A stretch of 64,000 bases of DNA from IMG/VR virus record IMGVR_UViG_3300007514_000623; one strand, 5' to 3'. Positions 54,854 through 64,000 of the stretch are shown here, piece by piece. This DNA is from an uncultured virus (IMG/VR IMGVR_UViG_3300007514_000623) (lineage: Duplodnaviria > Heunggongvirae > Uroviricota > Caudoviricetes). The notes beneath the pieces are model-generated. The model searched no databases, was not told where the DNA came from, and saw only the letters and a list, made by a program, of their open reading frames with translations. Positions within the stretch are counted from its first letter, which is position 1, and each line of letters opens with the position of its first letter. The translations under genes were made by a program, and so were the position numbers.

Positions 54854-55981
54854 ATGGCTAAACAAAATGGACAAACTGATGCAGAGATGATGGAAGATAG
54901 TGAGATCGAAAAAAAGATAAACGAAAAAGTAAAAGATTCTAACAAAGAAGCTGGACTTCCTGAGATCGATCCAGATACAGGTCGAGATGAATCAGAGGAA
55001 GATGGAGAAGAAGGAACATCTAAAGCTTCCGAACCTAAAACTTCTAAGTCTCACGCATCTGCAAAAGCAGAAGGTAAAAAAGTGAAAAAAGAGATGGATG
55101 ACGAAGAAGAAGATGAAGAAGAATGGGAAGAATCCAAGAAATCTAAGAAAGAGGAATTCCCCCCTGCTGATGACGAAGATGAAGATGAAGAAGATGAGGA
55201 TGAAGAAGAAGCAGAGGAATCTAAGAAAGCTAAGAAAGAAGAAATCGAAATTAATGTAGATGAAGATGTAGCTGCATTGGTTGATGGTGAAGAACTTTCT
55301 GAAGAATTCAAAACTAAAGCTGCTACAATCTTTGAAGCCGCTGTTAAATCCAAAATTGCAAAAGTTCGCAAACAGATTCGTGAAGAATCTAAGAAAGAAC
55401 TTAATGAGCGTGTTGAGACAATTCAAACAGAGATGTCTGAAAATGTTGATAAATACCTCAACTATGCAACTGAAGAATGGATGAAAGAAAACAAACTTGT
55501 CGTAGAACAAGGTGTTCGTAACGAAGTTACGGAGAGTTTTATTGCTGGATTGAAAAAATTGTTTGAGGAACATTATATTGACGTTCCCGAAGAAAAAGAA
55601 GATGTATTTGAAAGTCTAGTTGTTGAAGTTGCAGAACTTGAACAGAAATTAGACGAACAAACTGAGAAGCACATGGACACCGTGAAAGAGTTAAATACAT
55701 ATAAGGCTGCTTCTGTATTTAAGACCGTATCAGAAGGTATGGTTGACACAGACATTGAAAAACTAAAAGAATTGACAGAGGATGTTGATTACGATACTGA
55801 TGCTAAGTATGCGGAAAAACTGAACACTATCAAGAATAGTTATTTCAAATCTGACAAGAAAGAAGTTGTGGACAATAAGAAAGCAACTGCTGGCACTAAC
55901 AACCCTGTTGTAGATGGAACTGGTGATAGTCGTATGGATAGTGTTATGAGTGCAATTTCTAATTTGTCAAAAAAACAATAA
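54854..55981 (+). CDS. gp22: Prohead scaffold protein gp22
   Basis: Acidic N-terminus, LSEEFK.KA.TIFEAAV, YL.Y...EW..EN, LF.EHYI.VP. Confidence 0.93.
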   Translation: MAKQNGQTDAEMMEDSEIEKKINEKVKDSNKEAGLPEIDPDTGRDESEEDGEEGTSKASEPKTSKSHASAKAEGKKVKKEMDDEEEDEEEWEESKKSKKEEFPPADDEDEDEEDEDEEEAEESKKAKKEEIEINVDEDVAALVDGEELSEEFKTKAATIFEAAVKSKIAKVRKQIREESKKELNERVETIQTEMSENVDKYLNYATEEWMKENKLVVEQGVRNEVTESFIAGLKKLFEEHYIDVPEEKEDVFESLVVEVAELEQKLDEQTEKHMDTVKELNTYKAASVFKTVSEGMVDTDIEKLKELTEDVDYDTDAKYAEKLNTIKNSYFKSDKKEVVDNKKATAGTNNPVVDGTGDSRMDSVMSAISNLSKKQ

Positions 55982-56044
55982 TAATGGATTGACTGAATTT
56001 TAACATTAATTAATTAAACAAAATTATTTACAAGGAGTACAATT

Positions 56045-57313
56045 ATGTATTTATCAGAAGATATTTCGGATAAGTGGAAGCCGGTAATGGAACACGGCGA
56101 TCTTCCCGAAGTTAAAGATTCATATCGCAGAGATGTTACTTTGCGTTTGTTGGAAAACCAAGAGAACTTCTTAAAAGAAGCAGCACCCACTAATTCTACT
56201 GGTGGGAGCGTAGATAACTGGGATCCAATTTTAATTAGTCTTGTAAGACGTGCTATGCCTCAAATGATTGCATATGACGTTGCAGGCGTTCAACCTATGA
56301 CTGGGCCAACTGGTTTGATTTTCGCTATGAAATCAAAATACAATGCTCAGACAGGTGGATCAGGTGGAGTTGCTGGTGGTGAGAGTGTTGAAGCGTTCGG
56401 TGCAGCTGGTACAGGTGCAGACGAAGCAGATACTCAACATTCTGGTACTGGTACACATACCACAACCGACAATACCAATAATCCTTTTGGTGGCACATGG
56501 AATTATGGTACTGGTATGGCAACAGCTGACGCTGAAGATTTAGGCGCTGGTGGAACTTTTGGCGAGATGGCTTTCACAATCGACAAAACTTCCGTAACCG
56601 CTAAATCACGTGCTCTTAAAGCTGAGTACTCTACGGAGTTGGCTCAAGACTTGAAAGCAGTACATGGTTTGGATGCAGAAACAGAATTGGCGAATATTCT
56701 TTCTACGGAAATCTTGCAAGAGATTAACCGTGAAGTTATCCGTACAATTTATGTAACTGCTAACGACGGTGCTTCTACAACTACATCAGCAGGTACATTC
56801 GATCTTGACCTTGATAGTTCTGGTCGTTGGTCTGTTGAAAAATTCAAAGGTTTGATGTTCCAAATCGAGCGTGATCGAAATGAAATCGGTCATAACACTC
56901 GCCGAGGAAAAGGTAACTTTATGATCTGTTCCGCTGACGTTGCTTCTGCTATGTCAATGGGTGGTATGTTGGAATCAGGTCATGCGTTGAATGTAGATGA
57001 TACAATGTCAACTTATGCTGGTATGATGAACGGCATGAAAGTTTATGTTGATCCTTACTACACATCAAACGCTGGTCAATTCTATGTAGTTGGTTATAAG
57101 GGTGCAAGTCCTTATGATGCTGGTCTTTTCTACTGTCCTTACGTTCCTCTACAGATGGTACGTGCTATGGGTGAAAACACATTCCAACCAAAAATCGGAT
57201 TTAAGACACGCTACGGCATGATTAAGAATCCTTTTGTTGGTGATGGTTCTCAAACCATGACAGCAGACGAAAACCAATATTACAGAAAAGTGAAAGTCAA
57301 TAACCTACTGTAA
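56045..57313 (+). CDS. gp23: Major capsid protein gp23
   Basis: LISLVRR..P, GVQPM.GPTGLIFA, AKSRALKA.Y..ELAQDL.A.HG.DA, YCPYVPL, FQP.IGFKTRYG. Confidence 0.98.
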   Translation: MYLSEDISDKWKPVMEHGDLPEVKDSYRRDVTLRLLENQENFLKEAAPTNSTGGSVDNWDPILISLVRRAMPQMIAYDVAGVQPMTGPTGLIFAMKSKYNAQTGGSGGVAGGESVEAFGAAGTGADEADTQHSGTGTHTTTDNTNNPFGGTWNYGTGMATADAEDLGAGGTFGEMAFTIDKTSVTAKSRALKAEYSTELAQDLKAVHGLDAETELANILSTEILQEINREVIRTIYVTANDGASTTTSAGTFDLDLDSSGRWSVEKFKGLMFQIERDRNEIGHNTRRGKGNFMICSADVASAMSMGGMLESGHALNVDDTMSTYAGMMNGMKVYVDPYYTSNAGQFYVVGYKGASPYDAGLFYCPYVPLQMVRAMGENTFQPKIGFKTRYGMIKNPFVGDGSQTMTADENQYYRKVKVNNLL

Positions 57314-57334
57314 TTTTAGTTTGGTTTAAATCAA

Positions 57335-57369
57335 GAGGGGTAAGGGTTTTGCCCTTACCCCTTTTTTTT
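57335..57369 (+). terminator. Intrinsic terminator after gp23
   Basis: AGGGGTAAGGG/CCCTTACCCCT stem plus T run. Confidence 0.88.
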
Positions 57370-57382
57370 ATGGAGTCTATTT

Positions 57383-57802
57383 ATGTATGAATACCGAGCT
57401 CGTGTTAAACGGATTATCGATGGCGATACTATTAGGTGTGATATTGATTTGGGGTTTGATTTGTTTCTTGCTAATCAAACTATACGATTACATGGCATAG
57501 ATGCACCAGAGTCAAGGACGAAAGATAAAGAAGAAAAGTATTACGGAAACCTCGCAAAAGAGTTTTTAAATGATTATTGCCCTAAAGGTAGTGAAATAAA
57601 AATAAGAACTATTAAAGATGGAAAAGGAAAGTTTGGTAGAATATTAGGTGATATTATAATGAACGGAGTTTCATTAAATGAACAAATGGTTGAAGAAAAC
57701 CTTGCCGTATTCTATGACGGGCAATCTAAAGAAGATATACAGAAAGAACATCAAGTTAACAGAGTAGCATTAAATAGAAAAGGTTATAAATATATAACAT
57801 AG
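57383..57802 (+). CDS. Thermonuclease (SNase-like) protein
   Basis: DGDT...IDLGF, RL.GIDAPE.RT, GKFGRILG, N..MV....A..Y.G. Confidence 0.9.
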   Translation: MYEYRARVKRIIDGDTIRCDIDLGFDLFLANQTIRLHGIDAPESRTKDKEEKYYGNLAKEFLNDYCPKGSEIKIRTIKDGKGKFGRILGDIIMNGVSLNEQMVEENLAVFYDGQSKEDIQKEHQVNRVALNRKGYKYIT

Positions 57803-57847
57803 TTCCTTACATTGACTATTTTTTCATGGTAGGCTTTGCTTGTCAGC
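57803..57847 (+). promoter_or_regulatory. Repeated 45-bp promoter-like element, copy 2
   Basis: TTCCTTACATTG-N11-ATGGTAGGCTTTGCTTGTCAGC. Confidence 0.65.
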
Positions 57848-57858
57848 TTGGTCAATAG

Positions 57859-57866
57859 TATAAATA
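57859..57866 (+). promoter_or_regulatory. T4-type late promoter TATAAATA
   Basis: Exact consensus upstream of gp3. Confidence 0.75.
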
Positions 57867-57900
57867 GATTTAATACACTTAACATAAAGCAATTAATAAT

Positions 57901-58434
57901 ATGCCATTTAATACACCAACTGAAATAAATTATCTTAATCCAGTATCTTTTGAAACTAGTTTTCTAAGATTACCTGATGTTAGTTTTATGACTCAAGAAG
58001 TAACAATTCCTAGTGTAGCATTAGGTATAACTTCTTATGCTTCTTTCTTTAGTGATTTACCTATCGAAGGCGATAAAATTAACTTTGAACAATTAAGTAT
58101 TTCTTTTATAGTAGCAGAAGATTTATCTAATTATCTTGAAATATATAACTGGTTGTTAGCAATCGGATTTCCAGAAGATTTTGACCAATTTAAATTAAAA
58201 GAATCTATTGTTTCCACAGCATCAGGCACAGGCCTTGATACGCTTAAATCCGATATGTCTATTATAGTGAATACTAACAAATCAAATCCAAATTACGAAA
58301 TCGTATTTCGTGATTCATTTCCTGTATCTCTATCCAGTATCTCATTCCAAGCAAATGCTGCCGCTATAGAACCGATTATAGTTACTGCAAATTTCGCATA
58401 TGCAGGGCAGTTCCAGATTAAAAAACTTACCTAA
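57901..58434 (+). CDS. gp3: Tail tube terminator gp3
   Basis: NYL.P..F.....P...F..Q...IP, GD...F..L...F.V.E...NY.EI..W, FP.SL....F. Confidence 0.88.
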   Translation: MPFNTPTEINYLNPVSFETSFLRLPDVSFMTQEVTIPSVALGITSYASFFSDLPIEGDKINFEQLSISFIVAEDLSNYLEIYNWLLAIGFPEDFDQFKLKESIVSTASGTGLDTLKSDMSIIVNTNKSNPNYEIVFRDSFPVSLSSISFQANAAAIEPIIVTANFAYAGQFQIKKLT

Positions 58435-58439
58435 ACTAA

Positions 58440-58472
58440 TTCCTTGTATATGAATTAATCCTTTGTTATACT
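58440..58472 (+). promoter_or_regulatory. Sigma70-type promoter TTCC-TTGTAT-N17-TATACT (TG-extended) for uvsY-uvsW
   Basis: Fits the promoter family; the -10 ends 6 bp before the uvsY ATG. Confidence 0.65.
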
Positions 58473-58478
58473 TATATT

Positions 58479-58916
58479 ATGAATATTAATGATATCAAAG
58501 AAATGATTACGGAAGATTCTATCTTTTTTAAAGATGAGGCTAATATAGATATCGCATCTTTATCCGTGCCCGAGATGAGCGGAAAATACCATCAATTAAT
58601 CGCTGACGAAACTATGGGTTTGCGATTACTTAAAAAAGATTATGATGTTCTTTATAAAGAAAGATGGTTATTTTATTCTGGAAAAGCAGACCCCGAAGAA
58701 TACGAAAAAGAAGAATTTGATTTAAAAATTCTTAAATCAGATATTGACAAATTTTTAAATTCAGATGAAGCGTTAAATAAATTAAAAGATAAGATTACGT
58801 TACAAGAAATCAAGATTAACTTGCTAACAGATTTTACTAAATCTATTACGTCAGCATCTTTTAATATTGGTAATGCAATTAAATGGAAGAAGTTTTTATC
58901 TGGTGAACTTGGATGA
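58479..58916 (+). CDS. uvsY: Recombination mediator UvsY
   Basis: S...P....KY, W..Y.GKA....Y, D.K..K.D....L..D, I.NAI.W.KF..G. Confidence 0.9.
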   Translation: MNINDIKEMITEDSIFFKDEANIDIASLSVPEMSGKYHQLIADETMGLRLLKKDYDVLYKERWLFYSGKADPEEYEKEEFDLKILKSDIDKFLNSDEALNKLKDKITLQEIKINLLTDFTKSITSASFNIGNAIKWKKFLSGELG

Positions 58917-60397
58917 TTGTTGTTGGTAAAGTTAATGAATCTTTCTTACAGATTTCTTGTGAGAGACATATCGCATATGAGCTTAATGAATACTTTAGTT
59001 TTAAAGTACCTAATGCTCAATTCCATCCTAAGTTTAAAGCGAAATTGTGGGATGGTAAGATACGTTTATTTAATATCAATACAGGAAAGATGTATCTAGG
59101 TTTATATCCTTATCTTAAAGAGTGGGCATCTAAACATAGTTACGAAATAAAAACAGATATAATAGAAGTAAAAGGTCATAAGATTGATTATGATAACTGC
59201 AAGAAGTATATGGAATCATTAATGCCTCTTGTTAAGGGAAAGAAGATTATACCAAGAGATTATCAAGTTGAATCTTTTGTTGAGTGTATTAAACAAGAAA
59301 GAGCGTTGTTACTTTCCCCGACATCATCTGGAAAGAGTTTAGTTATCTATTCTTTAATAAGATGGCATCAACAATTTCTAGAGAGGGATAAGATTTTAAT
59401 TCTTGTACCTACTACAAATCTTGTTACGCAAATGTACAATGATTTTAAAGATTATTCTTCAAAATTAAAAGATTGGAATGTTGAAGAACAATGTCATGTA
59501 ATTTATTCGGGTAAAGAAAAGGATTCAGAGAAACAGATATATATAAGCACATGGCAGTCGTTGTATCGATTAGGTGCTCCATACTTCCGCAAATTCGGAA
59601 TGGTTGTAGGTGATGAAGCTCACCTATGTAATGCCCAAAGTCTTAAAGGTATTCTGGAAAAGATGATTAACACCAGATATCGTTTCGGAACTACTGGAAC
59701 AATTACCGATTCTAAGACACATAAATTAGTATTAGAAGGTTTGTTTGGTAAAACATATACAGCGGTTACTTCAAAGAAATTGATGGAAGATAAACATATA
59801 TCTGATTTACGGATTGATTGTTTAGTATTAAAATATAATGATGCAGAAAGAAAACAATTAGCAAGAGCTTCTTATAAAGAAGAAATTGATTTTGTTGTAC
59901 AACATAAATTAAGAAATCAGTTTATCCGTGATCTTGCTTTACTTAGAAAAGGTAACGTGTTAATTCTTTTTAATTATGTTGAGAAACATGGTAAAGTATT
60001 ACATAAGATGTTGCAACAAAAAAATAGTAAAGATAGAAATATCTTTTTTATAGCAGGTGAAACGTCTGTTGAAGATAGAGAGAAAATTCGTAGTTTAGCT
60101 GAAGTTGAGAATTCCATAATAGTCGCTTCGTCTGGTGTATTATCAACTGGTGTGAATATCAAGAATTTGCAGACTTTAATTTTTGCTCATCCTTATAAAG
60201 CGAAGATAAGAAATCTTCAATCAATAGGTAGGGTATTAAGATTAGATGATAAAGATAATAAAGCAATTCTGTTTGATATTGTTGATGATCTTTCATGGAA
60301 AGCACACCAAAATTATGGTGTTAAACATTGGAAAGAACGTGTTAACACTTATCTAGCAGAACAATTTGACTATATATGTAAGGAAATCACTTTATGA
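58913..60397 (+). CDS. uvsW: RNA-DNA/DNA helicase UvsW
   Basis: WDGKIRLF, RDYQ, SPT.SGKS, DEAH, G.TGT, STG.NI..L, QSIGR.LR. Confidence 0.95.
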   Translation: MIVVGKVNESFLQISCERHIAYELNEYFSFKVPNAQFHPKFKAKLWDGKIRLFNINTGKMYLGLYPYLKEWASKHSYEIKTDIIEVKGHKIDYDNCKKYMESLMPLVKGKKIIPRDYQVESFVECIKQERALLLSPTSSGKSLVIYSLIRWHQQFLERDKILILVPTTNLVTQMYNDFKDYSSKLKDWNVEEQCHVIYSGKEKDSEKQIYISTWQSLYRLGAPYFRKFGMVVGDEAHLCNAQSLKGILEKMINTRYRFGTTGTITDSKTHKLVLEGLFGKTYTAVTSKKLMEDKHISDLRIDCLVLKYNDAERKQLARASYKEEIDFVVQHKLRNQFIRDLALLRKGNVLILFNYVEKHGKVLHKMLQQKNSKDRNIFFIAGETSVEDREKIRSLAEVENSIIVASSGVLSTGVNIKNLQTLIFAHPYKAKIRNLQSIGRVLRLDDKDNKAILFDIVDDLSWKAHQNYGVKHWKERVNTYLAEQFDYICKEITL

Positions 60398-60406
60398 GGA
60401 AAAAAA

Positions 60407-60583
60407 ATGGGCAAGACATTTAAGAAATTTGTTAAGAATCGTTTTGAGAAAAAGAAGTTTAATCGTTACAAAAACAGAAAACGTAAATTTATGGAAGGGG
60501 TTAATGATGGACAAGAGGAACTGGACGAGGATGGCGAAGTGCGACAGGTGCAAAAAGAAAACGACACAAGAGAATCGGAGTGA
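60407..60583 (+). CDS. Small protein with basic N-half and acidic C-half (58 aa, MGKTFKKF...)
   Basis: Translated by eye; GAGGA SD directly after the uvsW stop. Confidence 0.6.
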   Translation: MGKTFKKFVKNRFEKKKFNRYKNRKRKFMEGVNDGQEELDEDGEVRQVQKENDTRESE

Positions 60584-60701
60584 GGGATTTGCTGGAAAAG
60601 TCTATTACGAAGATTGGTATTGTTTAGATTGTGATTGTATTATGTTAGAGAAAAAAAGAGGTAATCCCAAGTTTGAAACTGAATGGTGTATTAGCGGATG
60701 A
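60531..60701 (+). CDS. Small Zn-ribbon-like protein (CxxC...CxxC)
   Basis: MAKCDRC...WYCLDC; ATGA overlap with the glycosyltransferase. Confidence 0.55.
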   Translation: MAKCDRCKKKTTQENRSEGFAGKVYYEDWYCLDCDCIMLEKKRGNPKFETEWCISG

Positions 60702-61717
60702 GAATTGTTTTACCATATAATATGCATTTTGGAAAATATAATACGGACATTATCGCTGGTGGAATTGAAAAGTTTTGCCATCAGATAGTTGAAACCTTTG
60801 ATGATGTTCATGTTGTTAATATTGATAATGATGAGACAGCGAAAGATAATGCGAATAAAATTATCGATTATTCCAGAAAGGTTGATGCGGATATTATAAT
60901 ATCAAACTGGTATCAAGCATCTTTTGCTGGTTCACATATATTAGATTCCGAGTTTCCTATTATGTTGATACTGCATGGGTGTATTGGGATGGGTTCTTTG
61001 TTGTCCACTATTAACAATCTTAGGGAAAAAGAACATTCATGTTTTATGGTGAGTGAATTTCAATTTGATTTTTATAAGAGTATGGCAGATAGATTTAGAA
61101 CTAATGTTGCTATTGATGGTTATATTGATTCTAGTTATGTCAAGGGAAACAAACCAGAATTATTAGAAATAGAATATGATTGCGTAACAATAGGGAGATG
61201 TTGTCCGCTTGAAAAAAGACCTTTTCTATTAAAGGAGTATTTAAAAGATACCGATTATAAAACTGTTTTGATGTCAAATACTCCAAGAGATGAAAAGGAA
61301 AGGACATACTTAGAAAAGAATAAGAAGTATGATGGTGTTTTATTTGATCTAGAACATAAAGAGGTTATGAAAACGCTTTCAAAATCTATGACTTACTTTT
61401 CTACATCTTGGCAAGAAACATGGGGTATTACTGCATTAGAAGCTTTATCGCATGGTGTTCCAGTAATATTAAACAGTAAAGATAACAAACATGGATCGAC
61501 TATTATTCCTAGTCAGGATAATCATTATAGGATGATAGACCATGATCCTCACGAACTTATAATGGCGATAGAAAGTTTAAGAGGTTGTGATAGAAAAGAA
61601 ATCCAAGATAAAACTTGGGATAAACATAATCATAATAATTGGAAAAATAAATTTTCTAATATGATTGATAGTACAGTAGAAAAATATAAAAAACCAAACT
61701 TGGTTCAATTCATGTAA
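60698..61717 (+). CDS. Glycosyltransferase, GT-B/family 4-like
   Basis: GG.EKF, IGR....KRP, ETWGITALEAL..GVPVI (Ex7E). Confidence 0.85.
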   Translation: MRIVLPYNMHFGKYNTDIIAGGIEKFCHQIVETFDDVHVVNIDNDETAKDNANKIIDYSRKVDADIIISNWYQASFAGSHILDSEFPIMLILHGCIGMGSLLSTINNLREKEHSCFMVSEFQFDFYKSMADRFRTNVAIDGYIDSSYVKGNKPELLEIEYDCVTIGRCCPLEKRPFLLKEYLKDTDYKTVLMSNTPRDEKERTYLEKNKKYDGVLFDLEHKEVMKTLSKSMTYFSTSWQETWGITALEALSHGVPVILNSKDNKHGSTIIPSQDNHYRMIDHDPHELIMAIESLRGCDRKEIQDKTWDKHNHNNWKNKFSNMIDSTVEKYKKPNLVQFM

Positions 61718-61720
61718 AGG

Positions 61721-62158
61721 ATGATTGCTATGTTAAAAGTTAAAATGGTGAACAAGAGTGATAATGCATTACCTAAGTATGCAAAAGATGGTGATGCTGG
61801 TATGGATATATGCTCTCTGGAAGATGTTGAATTAGGGGCATTTCAATGGCAACCAATACCTACTGGAATATATATGGAACTTCCAGAAGGTTATGAATGT
61901 CAAATCAGGTCAAGGTCTGGTTTAGCGGCTAAAGAGGGTATTCAAGTTTTAAATAGCCCAGGCACTATTGATTCTGGTTATCGTGGCGAGGTTAAAGTTA
62001 TTTTAAAAAATAATGCATACGCTCCATATAAAATTAAAAAAGGTGATAGGATTGCACAAATGGTTTTTGCACCAGTAACAAATGTTGCTCCTGTTGAAGT
62101 TGAAGAACTTTCCGCATCTGATAGAGGTGAGGGTGGATTGGGGAGTACAGGAACATGA
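61721..62158 (+). CDS. dut: dUTPase
   Basis: AG.D, RSGLA, N.PGTID..YRGE, RIAQ, RG.GG.GSTG. Confidence 0.96.
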   Translation: MIAMLKVKMVNKSDNALPKYAKDGDAGMDICSLEDVELGAFQWQPIPTGIYMELPEGYECQIRSRSGLAAKEGIQVLNSPGTIDSGYRGEVKVILKNNAYAPYKIKKGDRIAQMVFAPVTNVAPVEVEELSASDRGEGGLGSTGT

Positions 62159-62679
62159 CAGATAAAAGAAAACACTATGTAGATAATGAGAAGTTTTTTG
62201 ATGAAATGAAGAAATGGAAACAGCGGGTTTTAGATGCAAGGGAAGTTGACGAACCTGATCCGCCTTCTACTGAATTTATGGGTGAATGTTTTTTAAAGAT
62301 TTGTGAACATTTAATCATGCGCCCTAATTTTATTAATTACACATTCCGAGATGATTTGATTTCTGATGGCATTGAGAATTGTTTGTTATACGCTCACAAT
62401 TTCAATCCAGAAAAATCGAAGAATCCTTTTTCATATTTTACACAAATTATACATCATGCATACGTTAGGAGAATTGTTAAAGAAAGAAAGTTAATGCATA
62501 TTAAATATCTTTTTGTTGAAAGGTCTGGAATACTAGATGAATTAAATCCAGAGAATGAGGACAATAAAAGGGTTACTAAGGTCTGGTTGGACTATCTAAA
62601 GACTCACGAAAAGTATGCTGTTAATCCAGATAAAAAGAAAAAGAAACCAAAACCTGATTTAGAATTGTACTTTAAATAG
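62155..62679 (+). CDS. gp55: Late-transcription sigma factor gp55
   Basis: HYV.N..F, GECFLKI..HL...PNF.NY..R.D.I.DG.ENC, NPF.YFTQI...A..RRI..E. Confidence 0.95.
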   Translation: MTDKRKHYVDNEKFFDEMKKWKQRVLDAREVDEPDPPSTEFMGECFLKICEHLIMRPNFINYTFRDDLISDGIENCLLYAHNFNPEKSKNPFSYFTQIIHHAYVRRIVKERKLMHIKYLFVERSGILDELNPENEDNKRVTKVWLDYLKTHEKYAVNPDKKKKKPKPDLELYFK

Positions 62680-62693
62680 AGGATTCTACTTAA

Positions 62694-62726
62694 TTCCTTA
62701 CATTCCTATAACTTTTTTGATAGACT
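62694..62726 (+). promoter_or_regulatory. Promoter TTCC-TTACAT-N17-TAGACT (TG-extended) for the gp47-gp46 unit
   Basis: Same architecture as 57803 and 14437. Confidence 0.6.
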
Positions 62727-62738
62727 AAGGACTAAACA

Positions 62739-62987
62739 TTGGATTATCACGTTATGATTTTTGAAGAATGTCAGAAGTGTAAACAATTTGAACCAGATCA
62801 TTCATTTAAACATTGTTCATTTACAATGACTAAGTTAGATGATGGAAAAGCTCTACAAGAGTTTGAATGTTCAAGATGTAATTTTAAATGGGAAAGAATA
62901 TATGAAAGTAGCACTAATAACGGATCAACATTTCGGGGGGAAGCAAGACAGTCAGAACTTTTTGAATCACATAAGGAAATTTTATGA
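62739..62987 (+). CDS. Small Zn-ribbon-like protein
   Basis: ECQKC...FECSRC...W; 3' end overlaps gp47. Confidence 0.55.
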   Translation: MDYHVMIFEECQKCKQFEPDHSFKHCSFTMTKLDDGKALQEFECSRCNFKWERIYESSTNNGSTFRGEARQSELFESHKEIL

Positions 62988-63990
62988 AGAACAGTTTTTT
63001 CCATATTTGTTTGAACATAATATTAGTACTGTTATTGATCTTGGCGACACATTTGATCGCCGAAAGTACGTTAACTTTAATACATTAAATGAAGTTAAGA
63101 AATTTTACTTTGATGTATTCTATGAACGTGATATTCAACTACATTCTATTGTAGGTAATCATTCTACTTATTATAGAAATACAAATTCTGTTAACAGTTC
63201 TGAATTACTTTATGGACATTATGATAATATTGAAGTATATCCAGAAGCTAAAACAATTCATGTGGGTGAATATGTAGATAGTGAAATTGCTATTGATTTA
63301 ATTCCGTGGATTAATTCAGAAAATTATGATAAGACAATGAATTTTATCAAGAATTCTAAATCACAAATTGCTCTTGGTCATTTAGAAGTAGCAGGGTTTG
63401 CTATGTACAAAGGATATAATTCAGAGGATGGAATATCTAAAACTACATTTAAAGGATATGAGTTAGTATGTTCTGGACATTATCATCATAAGTCAAGTGA
63501 GGATAACATTCATTATCTTGGAGCTCCTTATGAGATTACTTGGAATGATTATGATGACCCTAGAGGGTTTCATATATTAGATACAGAAACCAGAGAAATA
63601 GAGTTTATTCGTAATAAGTTTAGATTGTTTGAAAAGATTTATTATGATGATAATAAGTCCGATTATTCAAATGTTGATACAGCGGAATATAAAGATAAAA
63701 TAGTTAAACTTATAGTTGAGAATAAAAAAGACACATCTACTTATGAAAATTTTATTGATAAGTTGTATGCTTCTGATTTGGCAGACTTGACTATACTTGA
63801 GGATTTATCGGAATATAGTGCGAGGTATGAAGGTACACAGGAAGATGATATTGAGGTAGGAAATACATCTGATTTCCTAGATGAATATGTTGATAGTATG
63901 CCTTCTAATAGTGCAAAGATAGATGAACGAACAAAGATAAAGAAACTATTAAAAGTTATATATAATGAAGCACTTAACATGGAAGAATAA
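62902..63990 (+). CDS. gp47: Recombination endonuclease gp47 (Mre11/SbcD-like)
   Basis: ITDQHFG, LGD.FD.RK, GNH, GHLE, SGHYH, YLG.PYE.TW.D; start MKVALITD. Confidence 0.95.
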   Translation: MKVALITDQHFGGKQDSQNFLNHIRKFYEEQFFPYLFEHNISTVIDLGDTFDRRKYVNFNTLNEVKKFYFDVFYERDIQLHSIVGNHSTYYRNTNSVNSSELLYGHYDNIEVYPEAKTIHVGEYVDSEIAIDLIPWINSENYDKTMNFIKNSKSQIALGHLEVAGFAMYKGYNSEDGISKTTFKGYELVCSGHYHHKSSEDNIHYLGAPYEITWNDYDDPRGFHILDTETREIEFIRNKFRLFEKIYYDDNKSDYSNVDTAEYKDKIVKLIVENKKDTSTYENFIDKLYASDLADLTILEDLSEYSARYEGTQEDDIEVGNTSDFLDEYVDSMPSNSAKIDERTKIKKLLKVIYNEALNMEE

Positions 63991-64000
63991 TGATTAGATT
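63990..64000 (+). CDS. gp46: Probable start of gp46 (Rad50/SbcC-like), cut by the window edge
   Basis: TAATG overlap giving MIR...; synteny only. Confidence 0.45.

Noticed and set aside
54992..55755. Antisense Phe- or Ser-rich ORFs opposite gp22, and similar antisense ORFs across structural genes
   Set aside because: Explained by codon bias and low complexity of the sense-strand genes.
47738..57313. Introns or inteins in gp17, gp18, gp20 or gp23
   Set aside because: All are uninterrupted and of ordinary length, with no intein or homing endonuclease motifs.
1..64000. Stop-codon reassignment
   Set aside because: Core genes translate full length with the standard code, and TAA, TAG and TGA all end genes.

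Overview
A 64-kb, AT-rich segment of a large T4-like myovirus genome (probably from an aquatic host; the host cannot be determined from this window). Left to right: (i) a + strand auxiliary-metabolism operon (purM C-terminus, purC, two 2OG-Fe(II) oxygenases, pterin carbinolamine dehydratase, NifU-type Fe-S carrier, stand-alone cNMP-binding protein, compact 5-formyl-THF cyclo-ligase); (ii) a mostly - strand block of small genes with tRNA-Pro(TGG), a repeat-rich non-coding tract, a ~260-nt candidate structured RNA and sigma70-type promoters with IHF-like sites; (iii) a small late unit with an M15 peptidase; (iv) a ~43-kb virion module (gp25, 6, 7, 8, a VrlC-like protein, many fibre-like genes, gp13-gp23); (v) gp3, uvsY, uvsW, glycosyltransferase, dUTPase, gp55, gp47 and the start of gp46. 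The most striking element is a RiPP-like cassette inside the fibre region (31125-35894): a small fibre-motif protein with an 11-Cys, Asn-Cys-rich tail, an unknown partner, two paralogous 2OG-Fe(II) oxygenases and a radical SAM/SPASM enzyme. It suggests phage-encoded post-translational modification of a virion protein. All calls come from reading motifs and synteny; no searches were run.
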